A stretch of DNA of 64,000 nucleotides from the human T2T-CHM13v2.0 reference genome, Homo sapiens: NCBI RefSeq assembly GCF_009914755.1, contig NC_060936.1, one strand, 5' to 3'. This document shows positions 40,588-53,264 of this stretch, piece after piece (position 1 is the first letter of the stretch; each line of letters begins with the position of its first letter). Under the pieces are notes generated by a model. That model searched no databases, had not been told where the DNA came from, and saw nothing but the letters and a program-made list of their open reading frames with translations. The translations under genes were made by a program, and so were the position numbers.

Positions 40588-42100
40588 TGTTTAAAATGTT
40601 CAAGGTTAATATTGATGTTAAGATCTGATCCTGTCAACATGTTGTTAGTAGGTTGTTATGCAGACTTGATTATATAATTGCTCTATAGTGTCAGTGGGCT
40701 AGGTACTTAAGTGTTTTTATAGTGGCAGATAATAGTATTTCATTTCCATTTTTAGCACTTGCTTAAGCATCTCTTGTAAAGCAAGTGTGGTGGTAATGAA
40801 TTCCCTTAGTGTTTGCTTGTCTGAAGAAAATTTTATTTCTCCTTTGTTTATGAAGTTTAGTTTGGCTGGAAATGGAATTCTTGGTTGAAATTTCTTTTCT
40901 TTAAGGCTGCTGAATATAAGCCCCCCAATCTCTTCTGGCTTGTAAGATTTCTGCTGAAAGGTCTGCTGTTGGCCTAATGAGATTCTCTTTGTATATGACC
41001 TGCCCCTACTCTTTGATCTGCCTTTAATATTTTTTCTTTCACATTGACTTTGGAGAATCTGATGACTATCTATCTTCAAGATGGACATCTTGTAGTATAT
41101 TGCTGAGGTTCTGTGAATTTACCAAATTTGCATGTTGACCTTTCTAGTGAGGTTGGGGAAATTTTCCTGGACAATATCCACAAAAATGTTTTCCAAGTTG
41201 CTTGCTCTCTCTGTCTTTCTCGAATGTAAATGAGTTGTAGGTTTGGTCTCTTCACATAATCCCTTATTTCCCAGAGGTTTTGTTCATTTTTATTTTTTTT
41301 ATTTTGTCCAACTGAGTTGATTCAAAGAACTGGTCTTCAAGCTCTGAGATTCTTTCCTCAGATTGGTCTATTCTGCTTTAATACTTCTGACTGTATTATG
41401 AAATTCTTGTAGATTTTCACCTCTAGAAGAACAGTTTCTTTCTTAAAATGGCTATTTCATCTTTCAGTTCCTGTATCATTTTATTGGAATCCTTAGATTC
41501 CCTGGATTCAGTTTCAACTTTCTCCTAAATCTGGACGACCTTATTTGCCATGCAAATTCTGTATTCTATGCCATAATTTCAGTGATTTCAATCAAGAATC
41601 CTTGCTGTCGAGCTCATGTGGTCATTTGGAGGTAAGATGACACTCTCTGGCTTTTTGAATTGCCAGAGTTTTGCACTGGTTCTTTCTCATCTGTGTGAGA
41701 TGATGTTTCTTTAATCTTTAAAGTTGCTGTCCTTCATATAGGGCTTTTTGCTTTTTATATTCTTTGATGCCCTTGAGGGTTTGACAGTGGTATAAGCTGG
41801 GTATAAATTGATTGGCTTCATGTCTGGATGATTGCAGGGGGCCAAGGCTCAGCTTAGCATTCCTAGGCTGTGTGCTCTAACCCTGGGGACCTGGGACCAG
41901 GCCCACAGCCTTTTTTCTCTGGCCCCTTGAGGTTAAGCTCCTGCTGTGCTGAAGGGGCTGAGGTGTTCCCAGTCTGCTGGTAACACTCCAATGCAGTCTG
42001 CCAGCAAAAGGGCTTCGGCAAGGCAGCAGGGGTCCCTGCACATGTGTGCACCAGTGACAGTGTGGTAGTGAGGTTAGCATGCACACGGCATGTACACATA

Positions 42101-42301
42101 GTGTTCACTGAGCAATCCTGTGACTCAACCCTACAAAGTTAAAAGCCAGGAGGTTAAGAAAGATGATACAAACAGTAAATTCAGCCATACCTGTTGGTCT
42201 TCAAATTTTGACTTCCCTACCCAATCTGCCTGCTGTTGCTTACTTTTCAGAATCCTCAGTTGCATTTTGCATTATTTCCAGAGTTTTGAGTTGTAATCAG
42301 T
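42101..42301 (+). repeat. About 200-bp dispersed direct duplicate of 43608-43815
   Basis: Colinear by eye with scattered substitutions and small indels; both copies translate to LTSLPNLPAVxYFSESSxAFCIISRVL. Confidence 0.93.
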
Positions 42302-42964
42302 TACAACTCCTACAGAAGCTCTCTGTGAGGATGGATATTCTAACAAAAGAGCTATGGCAGTAGCTGCCGGCAAGTGCCTCAGCTGGGCAACCAAGGCCAT
42401 GCTGCAAGCAGGTGTGGCCAGGCAGGGACCCTGGGATAGGCCAGCAAATAGGGGGACACTCAGATCAGACAGGCCCCTTCCCATGAGCAAGATATGCTCT
42501 GTCCAGGTCTGGCAGCCAAAAAGGCTAAAGCCACCTAGAGGAGTACAGTGGGCCTTGAAGGATGAGCACCCATGACTATGCTCCACTGCAGCCATTCCCA
42601 CGCCAGACCCCTGGGGATCCATGCAAGCTGGAGTTCTGTCTCTGCCAGCTCAAATATCCATAGGGGTTATGGGGTCTCCTGCAGTGAAGATACTAGAGGT
42701 CTGTAATGAGAGTGGGCCACTCCAAGCCTATTTCACTCGCCCATTCCCCAGGAGCTGCTCAGGGTCAGGAATAAGTCCTGGTGCTCAGCAACTCCATGCA
42801 GGGTTTCCTCCCCCACTTCAGCCCGGGGTCTGTATCCTTCTTCTGTCTACTCTCAATACCTTCTTTCTGAAGATCTGTTTGGAGTATGCAGTTCTTCCTG
42901 ATGGTCTGGTTTCTCAGTGGGAGAAGTTCTTCCTGTCTGCATCTAGTCAGCCATCTTGTTAAAT

Positions 42965-43870
42965 AGCAATTTTCAATAGCTATGTTATTCAGATTACTCA
43001 GGAGATAGACTGGGACTGTGTAGTACCTTATGTCACAGTTCTGTACTCAAAACATTTGCTGTGCCCCTTTGGGTCTGAATTGTGCATGTGCTGCTTAGGG
43101 GTGAGCTCAGGACTTGTTTCAGCTTATACACAGAAACAGGAGATCCCCTTTTTCAGCTCTCTTCTCCACCACTTCCCTGACCCCTCTGGCCCCTAGGGTC
43201 CTCTTTTCCAAATCTGCTATGCATAAAACCAGGATTTTCTCTTAGAACTTAATCCCTTACACTGTTTTTCAGTTCCACATAATTGGGACTGTCCTTGCAG
43301 CATACCAGCAAGGGAAACTACAGAGAAAAAATAACTGATTCCCTCCCACACTCTCTAGACCCCAGGGATCCCTTTTCTATTTCCTTTGTACAGAAAGAGG
43401 GCTGTATCTCAGCATCCATAGTGCTATACTACTGCCATCACCACTGCAGCACTGCAGGTTTTTAACTGGGCTGGCCTCAAGGCAGGGCAAGGAGAAAAAG
43501 GAAAAAAAGGATGGGGAACTCCTCCCATATCTTCTGGCTCACAAGGGTCCCTATTCTGAATCTTCTGACTAGAAGGAGGGGGTTTCTGTTGGGCTTTTCT
43601 GCCATTGGTGTTCAATGAGCAGTCCTGGGACTCACCCCTCCAAAGGTAAAAGCCAGGAGATTAAGAAAGAAAAGATGATACAAACAGTAAATTCACTGCC
43701 AGTCCAGTAGGTCTTCAAATTTTGACTTCCCTACCCAATCTTCCTGCTGTTGTTTACTTTTCAGAATCCTCAGCTGCATTTTGCATTATTTCCAGAGTTC
43801 TTGGTTGTAATCAGTGGAGAGACAGGCTGTGGAAGACTTACCCCATTTCGATCAACACCAGGTATCATTC
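42965..43870 (-). mobile_element. Old L1M 5'UTR-like segment
   Basis: Ends with an L1M 5'-terminus-like stretch (AATCAGTGGAGAGACAGGCTG...CTTACCCCATTT) and lies immediately 5' of the inserted primate L1. Confidence 0.55.
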
Positions 43871-44643
43871 ATTATACTTTAAAATGCATTCACCTTTACT
43901 GTACACAGTACCAATACAAGTATAGATTTGGGAGGCAGTAAAAGGCAATATTAGAATAAATGCTCCGAATATCAGATACTGAACCAAAAGCTCTTTAACT
44001 GATATATTTGAATGTGTCTAATAAAAGATGAAGTACACATCTGGCAGGGTAACTGCAAATCTATACTAAGATATTGTAAAAAATGATCAAACAGGAAACT
44101 CTAGATCTGGCTCATGCTGTGCTTTCTTCTTACAAATACTTCCAACTTCTGCCACCAGGCTCTCAAGTACTTACCTGTGTGTTCTATCCATCAATAGCTA
44201 TTTTGAAACTGTGTCATTTGGCTTAGAATTGTGTGGTCTATAAAAACACAAAGCCACTTTTTAATGCAACAGTTTTCCATTAAAAAGCACTCTTTCAAAG
44301 ACTGCACTCTTCAACTTCAGCAAGATGTCTTAAATAACAAGAAACACACAAATAGCCAGCAAGCCAAGCTTACTCACGGGGCTGGCTCAAATAACAAAAT
44401 TCAACCTAAGTCAGGTCACTGGAAATGAAGAGTTGTCCAGGACTGAGCACCAAATCCAATGGAGCATTCTATTGAAAGTTAAAATGTTTTTAGGGTAAAT
44501 GTAAAAAATTATACTATAAGGCAGCACTGGGCTTACAGCTTCATTTTTTTTTAAATGAATTCATGTTATGTATTTAGCATTTTGTAAATGTATGAGACTA
44601 GGATTGAGGACTCCTCTTAAGGCCTGATGCTCCACTTGCTGTC

Positions 44644-45523
44644 TGTGATAGTGTGAAATATTTATTAGGTCTTCCACCCTTGTTTCATGGCATACAACTC
44701 CTAAAATCCTTAGACTCTGCAAAGTGATGTCTTTTTGTATGCTAGTAAGTTGACAGATGACTGGTAGCCCCTAGGCAGCTTCAGGATAAGGGTTGGTCAC
44801 TGGAAAAACCAAGGCAGGATTAGATGGTTGGGACCCCCAACCTCCAAGGGGAGAGAAGCTGAAGGTTAAGTTGGTCACCAGTCGCCAATGGTTTAATCAA
44901 TTATGCCTAGGTAATGATATAATTGATTATGACACTTCTTTAAAAGGTGAAAAGGGCTGAGTTCAGAGCACTTCTCGACAGATGAACATATGGAGGTTGA
45001 CAGGAAGGGAACAAAAACTCATCCATGTACCAACAGTGGAGGACTCCACCTCCACAGGGACAAAATCTCCTGTGCTCAGGACCCTTCCAAGTCTTGCCCT
45101 ATGTATCTCTTTATCTGTTTGTATCCTTTGAAATAAACCAGTAAACCAAACTGTTTTCTGATTTCTGTGAACCACCCTAGAAAATTAATATAACCCAAAA
45201 AAGGTGTTGTAAAAACTCCAACTTGAAGTAGTTGGTTGGTCAAAGTTCCAGAGACCCAAATTTGCAACCGGTGTCTGAAGGCTGTTGGCATTGGGGGTGG
45301 TGGCAGGTCTTGAGGACTGTGCCCTCAACCTGTGGAATCAGACGCTATTTCTAGGGTGACAGTGTGAGAACTGAATTAGAGGACATCCAGCTGGTGTCTG
45401 CTGCAAAACTGATTGCTTGTTAGTGGGGAGAAATCCCCCACATTTGGTCACAGAAGTCTTTTGTGTTGACTGTTGAGTGAGAGAATTAAAAAATATACTT
45501 TTGAGTATGTTTTTATACTCACA
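44644..45523 (+). mobile_element. MER21-family solo LTR
   Basis: TG...CA termini (TGTGATAGTGTGAAATAT...TATACTCACA), an internal AATAAA, and flanks CTGTC and GTGTC as a possible TSD. Confidence 0.85.
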
Positions 45524-45774
45524 GTGTCCATTTCACATTGCAGAAGGGGCCTAAGTAGGTGGCAGATCATGACAGTACTCCTTTTTCTTTCTTATCTGGC
45601 CAATGAAATGGCTATGTTAGAAGGAACTTTACATATAACTTGTACTTTACAGAAGAGAAAGCAAGCTCAAGCATTAAGTGACTTATCTAAAATCACATAT
45701 TTACATAAAAGATTTGAAAGCAGGACCCAGGATTTCCAATTTCACGTCCCGCATTCCTTCTGCTACTCCCATCT

Positions 45775-46031
45775 TCTTTTTTTTTTTGAGACAGAGTCTC
45801 GCTCTGTCACCCAGCCTAGAGTGCAGTGGCACAATCCCAGCTCACTGCAACCTCCACCAAGTAGCTGGGATTAAAGGCACATGCCACCATGCCCAGCTAA
45901 TTTTTGTATTTTTAGTAGCGACGGGGTTTCACCATATTAGTCAGGCTGGTCTTGAACTCCTGACCTCGTGATCCACCGGCCTCGGCCTCCCAAAGTGCTG
46001 GGATTACAGGTGTGAGCCATCGTGCCTGGCC
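45775..46031 (-). mobile_element. AluS with an internal deletion of about 35 nt
   Basis: CAACCTCCACC is joined directly to AAGTAGCTGGG. Confidence 0.92.
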
Positions 46032-47748
46032 CTCCCTGCTGCCTTCTAAGAAAGAGCAAAATCTGGGAAACTTCTGAAGTGATGGCACCTGGGAGATGCT
46101 GAGCAAGGCACCAATCACGGATGCATTGGCAATCAGAATGCAGGTGGCATGGGAGGGTATTTTTTTTTAATCCCACTACTCCCCACCTGATATCACCTCT
46201 CTGAATAACCGGTTAATCTGAATACTTTTCATTTTATATACTCATAAAAATAAATAAAAATAAACACCTGTGGCCATGATAAAAGAAAATATGGTCTTTT
46301 CCTTTAGTGCCACTTGTTTTTGTAACCAGCTGTTAAGAAAAACACAGCAGTAAATCTGAGAAATGACATGGGCCATCAAACAAGCTACATGTCTATTCTC
46401 GCCTATTCTCTAGCTACATGTCTATTTCATCTCTATATATAAGAAATATTTTCCCCCATTGGTTAAATACACCACATGCTTTTTCTTATTACACCAACAG
46501 CAGAAGGCAATTCAGACAAGACAGTCTTAAAAGCAAATCAGTTACAAATACGAGAAGAAACAAGACATGCATTGTTGTCTCCTATCCACAAGCTGAATGA
46601 CAAGGAAGAACTGGGCATTCATAGGCGTCAGGACTAAACTGATAGGTAGTGCGATTATGTGTTGCCTCTAAACCAAGGGCAGATCAGGATTGTTCCCTGG
46701 ACCTAACACTGCAGTATGTTTCTGGAGAAATCTCCAAATTGTGGGAGACCTGTCAAGCTCATTTTCTCTAATGCAGTTACCAACGGCCAGTCCCAGGACA
46801 CATATTTTCCTCACCTAATCCCAAGAGGCATAATTAGGTCTTGAGACAGGACATCAAAACCAACTCTACAACCTTACCTCCCAATTGCTTGGTAGCTCTG
46901 ACAGTGAAAGTGGACAAAATGTACCCAGTCCTCAGATTGATTTCCTCTAATCTCAGGCCGTTTGCTCTGGTTACTGAAGACACAACCACACACATCCTCC
47001 TCAATCTTCCATACCTCTCACTACCACCTTTGGCTGTATCTTCCATTCAGAAAGGATCCTTCAAAGTCTTAAAAGCAAGTAATTTTTAAAATAAAGGTAA
47101 TCACCTATTTGGCTTTCCAAAGGCCCCTGATAATTGAGCTAAGACTCTTGAAGCTACTTTCAAGAGTGTAACTTTAGAGTTTAACATTTTCATAGTACTC
47201 ACTAAATCTCTTAGTCTTTCTCTCCCTCTCTCCTTTCTCTTCCAGTCTATACCCCTCTGTGTTTCTTCCATTCATCAGTCATGGTCATATTAGTTGTAAT
47301 ACTTTAGAAGTAAATATCAAAACGCTTTAAGCTTTAAATGAAAAAACTGAGTTTTTAAGACCCCTGTGGCTTTCAAATAACCTTTTTCTCCTGGAAGAGT
47401 GTTACCTACAATAGAAAAATTTCTACACATTCTTCTGTTCATTCTCCTTCCCAATGCTCCCATTTATGTAACCCACAAGCATTTACTAAATAAATATCTA
47501 CTATGTGCCAGAGGCTATGATAGATCCTGGGATAAACACAAAAACATGGTCCCTGTCCTTAAGGAACTCTTACCTCATAAGAGACCAGAGTAAGCCAACA
47601 CTACCAGGAGGTTACATGTACCAGTTAACCTTCTGTACTACTACTTAATACTCATTAAACCACCATGAAGTGGATAAAGCTGAGAAACCTAGGGCTCAGA
47701 AGGGGTTAATTTGTACAAATTCATAAAACTCACTAGTATAAATTAAAT

Positions 47749-47840
47749 AATTTGTACTAATTATAAGTACAAATAACTATAATTTATACTGATTATAAGT
47801 ACAAATAACTATAATTTATACTGATTGTAAGTATAAATAT
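47749..47840 (+). repeat. AT-rich minisatellite, about 3 copies of 32 bp, with a palindromic unit
   Basis: Units start at 47749, 47781 and 47813. Confidence 0.92.
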
Positions 47841-50823
47841 CCTTTTACACTATTCCATTGAGGCAGGTGCATGGTAGATATGTTAAAACTAAAATGAAAC
47901 AGCAGATAACATTTACTGTATACTACCATGTGCCAGGCACTGTTCCAAGAGTTTCATACAGTTTGTCTTATGATTCTGTGAGACAGGTTTTCTTCAATAA
48001 CCTGAAAATAAGTTTAATCTATTAAAAGGAGTAAATGGCATAACATTTCTTTAAGACATAAAGCTCAAAAGGGGGACAGGTAAAGACACTAAGTACAAAA
48101 GTATAGACAGTTCTCACTCAAAAGAAGAAAAAATTGCTTGGTAGGATCTGAACACTTCCTCAACATCTAAACTGAAAAAGATGATGCAAACACTGTCTAA
48201 TTAGACTACTTTATTTTAACTGCTCTCTCTAAAACCTCAACATCATATATTAGAAGGAATTACAAGTTAGAAGAAATTGTAGCTGACCAGTCACTCAACT
48301 CTTTGTGGGGAGAACTGTCAATTTTTCAAAAGACCTTTTTTTTACTTTTTGAAGCCAGTCATCATAATGGCTACCTTTTGAGGAAAGTAACCATTACCTC
48401 AACAGCTGCTGCAGCTCCAAAGCTCTACAGAAGTGGGATTTGGGGGAGTTAGTCTAGCTGTAGAAAAGCTAGGGGTCTTGTCTTGGAGCTGTGTTAATAC
48501 AGCAAGCACAGTATGTATATTGCATGTTACAGATCAATAAACATGGTAAGACTTTCTAAAAATGCTTTTTATTCACACTTTACTTAAGATTAAGAAACCT
48601 CAAAAACACCAAAGTGTGGTAGGGGTGTAGCAGGGGAGACACAAAAGAAGAGACAGGAAGGGGCTGAGACCCTAAGCTCCAGAAGAGGTATGTGATAAAA
48701 TGAGTGGGATAATAAATTCCTTGGTGAAGTATGTTTTTTAACAACAAAAAAATTGAAGATGAATGTTTATCCTAGCATGGTAAAATGTGTGGTATGAAGG
48801 CAGCACCCACTGGTTTTGAGAGTCTATTAGTCTGTGAATATCTGATCTCACTCAATTATAACTAAAGAAATAATTTCTAGTATTCAGAAATTTGAAAATT
48901 TACCAAAAATGTGCTTTAAGAGCACAAGATTATTTGCAAGTCAATCACCTCAAGAACACTAAATAATTGGTTTTCTTCAGAGGAATCATGCAAATGGCAG
49001 AATGAATCACTGAAAGAGTCAGGAGAGGACTGAGGTGCTTCAGAGGGTGCTAGGGGCATATGGCTTTCAGAGTGGTCATCTCCGTACTTTATAAACTCTC
49101 TCTGTAAAAAGAACATAATGTTCTTGATTTCATAACAAAAGACCTAAAATATATCCAAGAAAAGTGAATTTGATAATGTAAAAGTCAGAAGCCAAAAGTA
49201 ATCAAATAGAATAACTCAGGTGTTGTCAGTGAGCCAACCAACATCTACTGAACTCTCATAGAAGTTACAAAAAAAGAGACACTGTCTTCCTCTTTAGTAA
49301 TTTGCAATCTTGAGGATCTCAGATGATTTATTCCATTTCAGGGGACAAATTCTCTGGCAGCTTTGATGAAACCATTTCTCAATTGTAATCAATAAAGAAG
49401 CTTGAGAATTTTAGAATCAAGCGGGACTAGAGAAGCCCTTCAGTCAGGCTCTGAATACAAGGAAGACTTCTTCATCTCCTCAACAAAGGTCACCCTGCAC
49501 CTTACACTGACCGCCTCCCTGTATAGACTTTGTAAACTCTCTCCTAGTGTTCTCTGTAAGGAGTCTGTCTCACTGTTGGTCAGCTCTAAGAGTGGATTAA
49601 CGGCAATAATGCAAATATATTTAAAATGTAAAATATATGGAGATATACATATTATAAATACATTTCCTATGAATTTTAACTTTTCTTAGTTTTTAACAGC
49701 ATTCCAGTATCTTAAAGTTATTTTTAATATTAGCTCTGTTATCAAGCATAACAGCCATTTAGCTTGCTCTGGGCTCCCTGGATTTGACAAGCACAGAGCT
49801 GAAGGACTGAGCGCTTGATTGCACCCCAGTAGAGACCTTCTGGGCCCACTTTTCAACACTGACAAGGCATCCTACTAAACCATGTTTGCTTCTTTTTTTT
49901 TATTGGCCAAATTTCAGAGATTAAAGTTTATTTTGCTCACTTATTTTGTTTATTAACACAAAGAAAATGTTCTTCAAATATATTCAATGAAAGAGGAGTA
50001 TGCCAAATGCTTTATATGCAGAATTTTCCTAATCTACTCACCAAGAAATGGTTTCAAAGGAAAAACAAAAGAGATTAGTTTAATAAGGCATATTTCTAGT
50101 GAACACACAAAAGTTCCTAGTAATCATCAGACTCTTTTCTAAATGCTTCCAAATCTTCATTAATAATATTTTATAATTTTGCTAGAAACTAGTCATGTTT
50201 ATTCATCTTAATTCCTAGAATTCATTCCCTTTTTAACAATTAAGGCACTATTTGCTCATATGGCTTATCTCTGCGTATCTTATCTTCATGACTGCTTAAA
50301 AATAAAGAAAAATTTACTGACAGTGGCTTTGAGTTTATGTCTATAAATCATTTTGAGTTAGATTAAGTAGCCAGATGTTCACTTAAAGCAAATAAAAGGT
50401 AACTATTAACCATAGCAGCAGCTATCCATAGGCAAAGTTTTAATGCTTATTAATAACTATAATTCTGTATTCTTAATATATATTCATGTTTATTTGAAAA
50501 TGCATGTCATATTTAGAAACTAAAATTTTGAAAATAATCCAGACTCTAATGATCTCTTGCACAGATGAATAAATAACTGCATAATTACCAAACAAATGTA
50601 ACAAAGTCATGTGTTTCTTTTGCAACATTCATGATTTCCTTAATCAGGTTATAAACCTTTTTTTAAACAGGGTTCTTACCTCCCCAGCCTCAAGAACTAT
50701 TCATTCATAATAAATAAAGTCCTTTAGATTTGTCTATTTTATATTATCTATGAAGAAGTAAAAAACTCACTGCCTCAGAATCTTTAGTAAGATATTCTTG
50801 GTAAAGATGTGCACATGCAGATA

Positions 50824-51145
50824 CAATCATGCATTGCTTAGCCACAGCGACACATTCTCAGGAATACATTTTGCAAACTTCATAGAGTGTCCTTACACAA
50901 ACCTAAATGGTACGGCCCACTACATACCTAAGCTATATGCTATAGCCTACTGCTCCTAGGCTACAAACCTGTACAGCATGTTATTGTACTAAATACTGTA
51001 GGCAACTGTAACACAATGGTATTTTTGTATAAACATGGCTAAACATAGAAAAGGTACAGTAAAAATGCAGTATTATAATCTTATGGGACCACCATCCTAT
51101 ACGCAGTCATCCTCCACTGAAATGTCATTATGTGGCACATGGCTG
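50824..51145 (+). mobile_element. Tigger3a/MER7-like DNA transposon
   Basis: Degenerate TIRs CAATCATGCATTGCTTA...TTATGTGGCACATGGCTG and the core GCTCCTAGGCTACAAACCTGTACAGCATGTTA. Confidence 0.85.
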
Positions 51146-53264
51146 AACTTTATGTTGTGTAAAATAAGATCCTTGAATTCCACTTTATGCACTGTAATTT
51201 GTACAGTAGGTCAAAAATAGAGTATCCTCATTCACTTGAATGTCATTAGATTCTTTATAATTTACTTATGTTGACACTATTGTTAAAACTTTATTCTACA
51301 GGATAAGGAGGAAATCTAAAATTAAAAGCTTATTGCTAGACTTTTTTGCTGTGTTTTTGCAAACTATTATAAAAGCCTGTACTTCAATTAAAGTTGAAAT
51401 TGGCCAACTACTGGCAACAAAGAATAATGGCATGTCATATATTTGATGCATTAAATTCCCTTTCTTTTTGTACAATCCTAAATTTCAAGGTTCAAATTAT
51501 GAACTACGAAAATTTCAAAATGTCTTTCTCTCCTTAACCAGAAACTATAAAGGTGAAATGAGGTAACTAACTCATTTGTACTCATACTACCTAATATGCA
51601 AATTACAGTCCTACAGAGGTTTTAATTACACATGTGCCAGGAAAACTTAATTCAGGACAGTCTGGTTTTGTTCACCAATCCAAAATATGTTGATGTCTGT
51701 CTCCAACAGAGATAAAATGGGAAGAAAAATTCACATTAATTACTACAATAATGGCTAATGTTTTCTGAGCATGTGCTAATAAGCAGCAGGAATTACGTTT
51801 AACTTTTAACAGAAAATAGTTTATCAATTAATCCATACAATAACTCTATGAATTAGGTTTTTGTGAAACCTGACTTGCCAGCTCCAGGTAGACCTCATCA
51901 ACCTTCCTCTGCACGACTGTGTCTTACATATTTTTCTATTACTGTCTGTATTAATGACATATGAGTATCACTATGGGCAGTAATAGAGGTGTCATAGAGA
52001 GAGGTATAATAAGGTCTGTCTGGGGTGGCAAGAATGGTTTCACAAGTATAGAGGGTTTATGGGGTAAGATTAAAAACTAGAACAGTAAACCAGGAAATGT
52101 GGCTCAAGCCAAGTCTTCACAGCATAATTTAATTATTTTGTTGGACAATGTAACTTTCCACATTTATTTGAAGCACTCATATTCAAATATAAGCTTAAAA
52201 TGCAATATTAAGACCAGTGTTTTAATTATCACAATTTGGACTGGTGAGAGTGCCACTCCATTTGCTATGAAGAGTTGCAGATTGGCTTCACTTGAAACGT
52301 AACCCCATCCAGAATTAAATCTGGATGATTTAAAAGGATCAGATCAACCTCAAGATTATGGTACTTATTTTTTAAATTCCACATATGTAATACCATCTTT
52401 AGAAATTTATCACATCATTATACACTTACACATGTTTTTTGTCCCCTAAATTTATAATCAGACCATAATGAAAAATAAAATGTGTCTTATTTTTTGAATC
52501 CCAAGCCACAATGTGCCTGGCCCAATACAGATGCTCAATAGCTACCTAGTGAAATGTATTATAGAATCTGAAACGTGGATTGGCTGCTAAGAAGAGAATA
52601 AGAGGAGATTTCAACTTCCGTATCTCCATTCTCCAGGAGAAAGACTCACTAAAGTTTGAAAACTTGAGTCATCAGACAGAAGATGTGAAGGTCAGAGAAA
52701 ACTGATCAAGCCTCTTTACAGTCTGGGTGAACTACGACTCCAATGCCTTTCCACTCCTGCTTTAATTCCAGGTTCAAACACGAAGATGCAAGTCTGTGAA
52801 TCAGTAATCCCTCTTCCCACAAATCTGTCTGCCAGGAAAGAGAGGAGACATTAGAGCATTATTAACATGTGGAATAGATATATCCCACGTAATAAGTTTG
52901 CATTTCTGTTGATTCCACTGTCACATCTAAGTGTAATTACTCCAAGTTCATCCTTGAGAGTCTGTCAGATCATTTTTCAGACACAAATCAACTTTTGTTT
53001 GTTTAGGTTCCCTAGATACATGGAGAGACTCATTTCATTGCAGGTACTGAAAACAATGTTAGACTTCAAAGTATTAATTGAAGTTAAAAATAATACCTAT
53101 TTTCTCCCAACCACTTTAAAAAGTTTGAAACCATAGAGTAGTGTCAGAAGCAACCCTAGAGAACATTTAATTACTTCCATCCACTACACAAATTTCCTAC
53201 AACATCCTTGATCCAATCTCAGCTCAAAATTATTCCTTAGGATTATACTGTTTTAGTTGTTATC

